A DNA stretch of 64,000 nucleotides from Polyangiaceae bacterium (GTDB taxonomy: Bacteria > Myxococcota_A > Polyangia > Polyangiales > Polyangiaceae): positions 352,001-416,000 of the forward strand of contig JBILLK010000002.1 in NCBI GenBank assembly GCA_044376115.1, written 5' to 3'. The position numbers and the translations under genes were made by a program. Positions 59,392 through 64,000 of this stretch are shown piece after piece (position 1 is the first letter of the stretch; each line of letters starts with the position of its first letter). A model generated the notes under the pieces. The model was not told the origin of the DNA. It was given only the letters and a program-made list of their open reading frames with translations, and made no database searches.

Positions 59392-60393
59392 ATGACGTTG
59401 CTCACCGTTAGCGATCTCAAGACGCACTTCTTCACCGATGAAGGCACCGTCAAAGCGGTGGATGGCGTTAGCTACTCCGTTGGGGCAGGGGAGGTACTCG
59501 GTATCGTCGGCGAGAGCGGCTCGGGCAAGAGCGTTTCGAGCCTCTCCACCATGCGGCTGATCCCGTCCCCGCCGGGGAAGATCGTGTCCGGCAAGATCGT
59601 GTTTGAGGGTCGGTCGGGGACGCGGGATCTCGTGCAACTCAGCGAGAGCGAGATGCAACACATCCGCGGCAACGAGATCGGCATGATCTTCCAGGACCCG
59701 ATGACCTCGCTCAATCCTTACATGCGCATCAGTCGCCAACTGACCGAGGTGCTCGAGCTGCACGAACGCATGAAGCCCGCGGAGGCTCGCACGGTCGGCA
59801 TCGACATGCTGAAGAAGGTCGGTATTCCGGATCCAACGCGGCGCTTCGACGATTACCCGCACCAACTCAGCGGCGGTATGCGGCAACGCATCATGATCGC
59901 GATGGCGCTCTTGTGCGAGCCGCGCCTCTTGATCGCCGATGAGCCCACGACAGCGCTCGACGTAACGATCCAAGCTCAAATCCTCGATCTGCTCGATGAG
60001 CGGCGGCGTGATTCGGGCGTTGGCGTCGTGCTGATCACCCACGATCTCGGCGTCGTGGCCAAGATGGCCGACCGGGTCGCGGTGATGTACGCCGGCCGCA
60101 TCGTCGAGCAAGGCCCCGCTGAGAGCATCTTCAGCGCACCCGCGCATCCTTACACCGTCGGCTTGGCCCGCTCGATCCCCAAGCTCGACGGCGACCGCAA
60201 CCAACGCCTCACGCCGATTCAAGGGTCTCCACCGTCTCTGACCAACCTGCCCAGCGGCTGCCCGTTCCGCCCGCGCTGCCCGAACGCCAAGGCCGCGTGC
60301 GAAGAATCGTACCCGGCTGAACGCGAGCTCGACGCCGGGCACCGCGTGGCCTGTCACGAGACGGATCTCGATGCAGTTCGGAGGCCGACGTGA
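59392..60393 (+). CDS. oppD: Oligopeptide ABC ATPase
   Basis: [34 protein letters not shown]. Confidence 0.95.
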   Translation: MTLLTVSDLKTHFFTDEGTVKAVDGVSYSVGAGEVLGIVGESGSGKSVSSLSTMRLIPSPPGKIVSGKIVFEGRSGTRDLVQLSESEMQHIRGNEIGMIFQDPMTSLNPYMRISRQLTEVLELHERMKPAEARTVGIDMLKKVGIPDPTRRFDDYPHQLSGGMRQRIMIAMALLCEPRLLIADEPTTALDVTIQAQILDLLDERRRDSGVGVVLITHDLGVVAKMADRVAVMYAGRIVEQGPAESIFSAPAHPYTVGLARSIPKLDGDRNQRLTPIQGSPPSLTNLPSGCPFRPRCPNAKAACEESYPAERELDAGHRVACHETDLDAVRRPT

Positions 60394-61397
60394 GCGCGCT
60401 ATTGAGCGTCGAGGATCTCAAGGTTCACTTCCCGATCCGGCGCGGGCTGCTGATGCGCCAGGTCGGCACGGTGAAGGCGGTGGACGGCGTTTCGTTGCAG
60501 CTCGAACGCGGGGAGACGCTTGGTCTCGTCGGTGAGAGCGGCTGCGGCAAGTCAACGACTGCGCGCGCGATCGCTCGCTTGATCGACGCGACGAGCGGCA
60601 GCGTGAAGCTCGATTCGGAGGAGCTGCTCTCATTGCGCGGCGGTGCGCTGCGCAAAATGCGACGCAACCTGCAGATGGTTTTCCAAGATCCGTTCGCCAG
60701 CCTCAACCCACGCATGACCGTGTTTGATACTTTGGCGGAGCCGCTCATCATCCACGGCGTGGCCAGCGGACGCAGCGAGCTCGAGGAACGTGTCAGCAAG
60801 CTGATGAAGCAGGTCGGGCTGTCGCCGGGCTTCATGCGTCGCTATCCGCACGAGTTCTCCGGCGGCCAACGCCAGAGGATCGGCATCGCGCGCGCGATCG
60901 CGCTGAACCCCAAGGTAGTGTTGCTCGACGAGCCGGTGAGCGCGCTCGACGTTTCCATCCAAGCGCAGATCCTCAACCTGCTTCGTGACCTGCAGGATGA
61001 GCTCGGACTCACCTACTTGTTCGTCGCGCATGATCTCGCGGTCGTGCGCCATGTCTCCACCTCAGTGGCGGTGATGTATCTCGGCCGCATCGTTGAACGC
61101 GCGCCGGGCGAGCTGCTGTTTCGCGCGCCAAAACATCCGTACACGCAGGCGCTCCTCTCGGCGATCCCCCTGCCGGATCCCGCCGCGGAGCGGAAGCGGC
61201 GCAGGCTCGTGTTGCAAGGGGAAGTTCCAAGTCCGATCAACCCTCCGAGCGGATGCACCTTTCATCCGCGCTGCCCGCTGGCCAACGCCCGTTGCTCGAG
61301 CGAAGCTCCGGCGTTGATCCGCGGGGAAAACGGGCACGATGTGTCGTGCCACGCGGTGGAGGAGGGGAGGGAGTCCACCGTGCTCGGGGCCAGCTAG
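60390..61397 (+). CDS. oppF: Oligopeptide ABC ATPase
   Basis: [29 protein letters not shown]. Confidence 0.95.
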   Translation: MSALLSVEDLKVHFPIRRGLLMRQVGTVKAVDGVSLQLERGETLGLVGESGCGKSTTARAIARLIDATSGSVKLDSEELLSLRGGALRKMRRNLQMVFQDPFASLNPRMTVFDTLAEPLIIHGVASGRSELEERVSKLMKQVGLSPGFMRRYPHEFSGGQRQRIGIARAIALNPKVVLLDEPVSALDVSIQAQILNLLRDLQDELGLTYLFVAHDLAVVRHVSTSVAVMYLGRIVERAPGELLFRAPKHPYTQALLSAIPLPDPAAERKRRRLVLQGEVPSPINPPSGCTFHPRCPLANARCSSEAPALIRGENGHDVSCHAVEEGRESTVLGAS

Positions 61398-61446
61398 CCG
61401 CTCGCCGAAAAATCAATATGATGCCCGCCTCACCCAACGAGGTTTT

Positions 61447-61764
61447 ATGGCATCGGTTCGCGCGTCTCACATCCTTCTTATGTACGCTGGCTCCTCGCGC
61501 TCGTCGGCATCGCGGTCCAAAGAGCAAGCAGCCCAACAGATCGCCGCGATTGCGGCTCAAGTTCAAGGCGGCGCCGATTTCGCTGAGTTGGCGCGAGCCC
61601 ACTCCGACTGCCCCTCCAAAGCCAAAGGCGGAGACCTCGGCACCTTCGGTCCTGGGCAGATGGTGAAGGCCTTCGAAGACGCGGCGTTCAACATGCCCGT
61701 TGGCGGTGTTTCAGGCGTGGTCGAGACCGAGTTCGGTTACCACCTGATTCGTCGCACCGCCTGA
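61447..61764 (+). CDS. Parvulin-type peptidyl-prolyl isomerase
   Basis: VRASHIL, SDCPS..GGDLG.F..GQMV..FE, ETEFGYHLI; RBS GAGG. Confidence 0.95.
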   Translation: MASVRASHILLMYAGSSRSSASRSKEQAAQQIAAIAAQVQGGADFAELARAHSDCPSKAKGGDLGTFGPGQMVKAFEDAAFNMPVGGVSGVVETEFGYHLIRRTA

Positions 61765-61789
61765 GCTAGCACTAGGCCCAAAAAGAGAG

Positions 61790-61830
61790 GAGAGACGCGC
61801 CGTCATTCGGTTCGCGTCTCTCTTCATTTT
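61790..61830 (+). terminator. Intrinsic terminator after the parvulin gene
   Basis: GAGAGACGCG / CGCGTCTCTC stem followed by TTCATTTT. Confidence 0.75.
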
Positions 61831-61904
61831 GTTCAGCAGCTCTTCGTGGTTCCACCGAAGTGGATGCAGCATCGTTCACCAATCCGGTGAGCGATTCGAG
61901 AAGA

Positions 61905-61941
61905 CAAAAGCCAAACAGCCCACCACCGAAGTGGAAGGCTG
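61905..61941 (-). terminator. Intrinsic terminator of the tRNA operon
   Basis: Minus strand CAGCC..CCAC-TTCG-GTGG..GGCTG followed by TTTGGCTTTT. Confidence 0.7.
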
Positions 61942-61962
61942 CTGACTTACTACTCGTTACTG

Positions 61963-62036
<74 letters not shown>

Positions 62037-62132
62037 AATGAAAACCCAAAACATCTGGGGTACATCGGGTTACTGCTTATCGCTGACTCGCTGCTTTTGC
62101 CATCCAACTGAAACTTTTGCAACAGTTGAATT

Positions 62133-62207
62133 TGGTAGGCGGGACAGGGATCGAACCTGCGACCAACGGCGTGTAAAGCCGCCGCTCTACCGCTGAGCTA
62201 CCCGCCC
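62133..62207 (-). tRNA. tRNA-Val (TAC)
   Basis: GGGCGGGTAGCTCAG..GCGGC-TTTACAC-GCCGT..GGTTCGATCC..ACCA. Confidence 0.97.
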
Positions 62208-62224
62208 GGGCGAAGAGCTTGCGC

Positions 62225-62252
62225 AGAATAGCCTCATCCTCAGATACGTCAA
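62225..62252 (-). promoter_or_regulatory. Sigma70-type stable-RNA promoter for tRNA-Val/Asp
   Basis: TTGACG-N16-TATTCT followed by a GC-rich discriminator GCGC. Confidence 0.8.
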
Positions 62253-62457
62253 CAAAATTCTTCAGCTTCAACTCAGATAGGTGGTGAGTGATACTGACTC
62301 GCGCAAATTCCACCGAAAGTGCATGCAGCAAACTGAGTGAATTGTGCCATCTTCGTAGGATCAGCGAAGGTCCTTCGAAACTGCGCAAGTCATTCAGACG
62401 AAGTTTGATGCAGTGACGAACCTTGGGACGCATTCAAACGTAAGGCCGGAGAGACCT

Positions 62458-64000
62458 ATGCTTTCACGCTCATCCATTCTTTGGCCGATGCTCGGTTTGG
62501 TGTCCGCCCTTGGTTGCGGAGCCGGCTCCAGTGACAACAGCGCTGGCGGTGGTGGCGCAGGCGGCGCACCTGCTTGCACGCCGATCGGGGCAACCTGCGC
62601 AGTGTCCTTCTCCTTCCCGCTGTCGAATGAAAGCTCGGTCGAGCTTCGCGGCGATTTTGCGGCCGGGGCATGGGAGCAAGGCGTGCCCATGGAGATCGAC
62701 GCCGGTTCGTGGCGCGTCACCATCCAAGCGCCTGCGGGTGAGACCATCCGCTACAAGTTCTTTGTCAACGGCAAGGACTGGGTTCTCGATCCGGCCAACC
62801 CGAACGCTGAAGACGACGGGCTCGGTTCGCAAAACTCGGTCAAGACCGTCGAGTGCGCCAACCCCATTTGTGAGGAGGGAGAGGGCGGGCAGGGGGCCGG
62901 CGTACCTCCCGGCGCCTTCGACTGGCGCTCCGCGGTGCTCTACTTCGTGTTCATCGACCGCTTCAAGAACGGCGATGTCACCAATGACAATCCGGTCGCG
63001 GGTGTCGAGCCTGCGGCCAACTATCAAGGCGGAGATTACGCGGGCCTCCTCGAGACGATCGAATCCGGCTACTTCGAAGAGCTCGGCGTAAACGCCTTGT
63101 GGCTCACGGTGCCGATGGACAACCCCAACATCATCGGGCCCGGCGCTGACGGTCGCGCCTACAGCGCCTATCACGGCTACTGGCCCTCCGATCTGCTCAA
63201 GGTCGAGGAGCATTTTGGTGACATGGCCTTGCTCAAGCAGGTGATCGCTGCTGCCCATGAACGTGGGATCAAAGTGCTGTTCGACTACGCGATGAACCAC
63301 GTGCACGAGTCGAACCCGCTCTTTACCGAACAGCCAGGCTACTTCTGGTCTCTCGATTTCGAGGGTCGTTACTGCGTGTGCGGAGATGGCTGCAGTTGGG
63401 ACGGCTATGAAGGCAGGCGCTGTTGGTTCCGCGACTACTTGCCCGACTGGAACTTCCAAAGCGCCGAGGCGCGCGCTGCCAGCATCGATAACGCCATGTG
63501 GTGGATCAAAGAGACGGGCGTTGACGGCTACCGTCTCGACGCGATCAAACACATCGAGACAGTTTGGGTCGAGGATCTGCGCAAGCGGGTCAACGCCGAG
63601 GTCGACCAAACGAAGGGCCGCTTTTACATGGTTGGGGAGACCTTTGAGACCGGTAACCGCGACGTCATTCGTCAGTATGTCGGGGAGGACCTGCTGGACG
63701 GCCAGTTCGACTTCCCGCTGCGCGGCGCCGTGGTGGAGAACATCCTGCGACGCCAGGGCACCATGTTCGACCTCGACAATTTCCTCGCCACGAATGACAC
63801 CTACTACCCGGGCCTGATGTCGACGTTCATCGGCAATCACGACATCCCGCGGGTGATCCAAACGGCGCTCGATAGCCCTTGGGGCGCCTGGGACAACGGC
63901 GGCGATTCGAACTGGAACAACCCGCCGGGGCAACCGCCCAACCGCTCTCCTTACGAGCGCCTCAGCCTGGGATTCACCTTCATCTTCACGACGCCCGGCG
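62458..64000 (+). CDS. GH13 alpha-amylase-family lipoprotein with N-terminal CBM48-like module; truncated by the window end
   Basis: Manual translation: ALGC lipobox, VELRGDF..YKFFVNG..W.LDPANP, YFVFIDRF.NGD, YHGYWP, DYAMNH, DGYRLDAIKH, VGE, GNHD. Confidence 0.93.
   Translation, partial: MLSRSSILWPMLGLVSALGCGAGSSDNSAGGGGAGGAPACTPIGATCAVSFSFPLSNESSVELRGDFAAGAWEQGVPMEIDAGSWRVTIQAPAGETIRYKFFVNGKDWVLDPANPNAEDDGLGSQNSVKTVECANPICEEGEGGQGAGVPPGAFDWRSAVLYFVFIDRFKNGDVTNDNPVAGVEPAANYQGGDYAGLLETIESGYFEELGVNALWLTVPMDNPNIIGPGADGRAYSAYHGYWPSDLLKVEEHFGDMALLKQVIAAAHERGIKVLFDYAMNHVHESNPLFTEQPGYFWSLDFEGRYCVCGDGCSWDGYEGRRCWFRDYLPDWNFQSAEARAASIDNAMWWIKETGVDGYRLDAIKHIETVWVEDLRKRVNAEVDQTKGRFYMVGETFETGNRDVIRQYVGEDLLDGQFDFPLRGAVVENILRRQGTMFDLDNFLATNDTYYPGLMSTFIGNHDIPRVIQTALDSPWGAWDNGGDSNWNNPPGQPPNRSPYERLSLGFTFIFTTPG

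Noticed and set aside
61851..61864. TCCAC-CGAA-GTGGA shares its arms with the array repeat TCCAC-TCGA-GTGGA
   Set aside because: Only 5-bp arms, explained as a UUCG-tetraloop hairpin on the minus strand; probably coincidental.

Overview
GC-rich bacterial chromosomal window, most likely a myxobacterium (Polyangiaceae-like). This is inferred from a MYXO-CTERM-type tail, Cys-rich myxobacterial repeats and many lipoproteins. Most of the window (6-64 kb) is core or near-core genes: icd, def, ychF, ABC-F, pmbA, ogt, lolA, ruvC, cysK/cysE, dut, a GbsR-led menaquinone operon lacking menB, oppABCDF, parvulin, tRNA-Val/tRNA-Asp and a GH13 amylase. It also holds an MNIO (DUF692/DUF2063) bufferin-like RiPP cluster whose precursor carries a lipobox. 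The first ~6 kb is an accessory region and contains the strongest candidate for an undescribed system. There, a regularly spaced array of 8 palindromic TCCACTCGAGTGGA repeats (period 40-41 bp, unique spacers, decay at the distal end) is followed by a leader-like tract, a long hairpin abutting the RBS, and a 295-aa helical protein of unknown function, with no cas genes in view. The same region has a HerA-like ATPase relic, an HNH-like gene, a frameshifted OmpA-domain gene, a truncated Phd antitoxin and two more repeat families. A further hairpin-repeat array lies at 13.8-14.2 kb.
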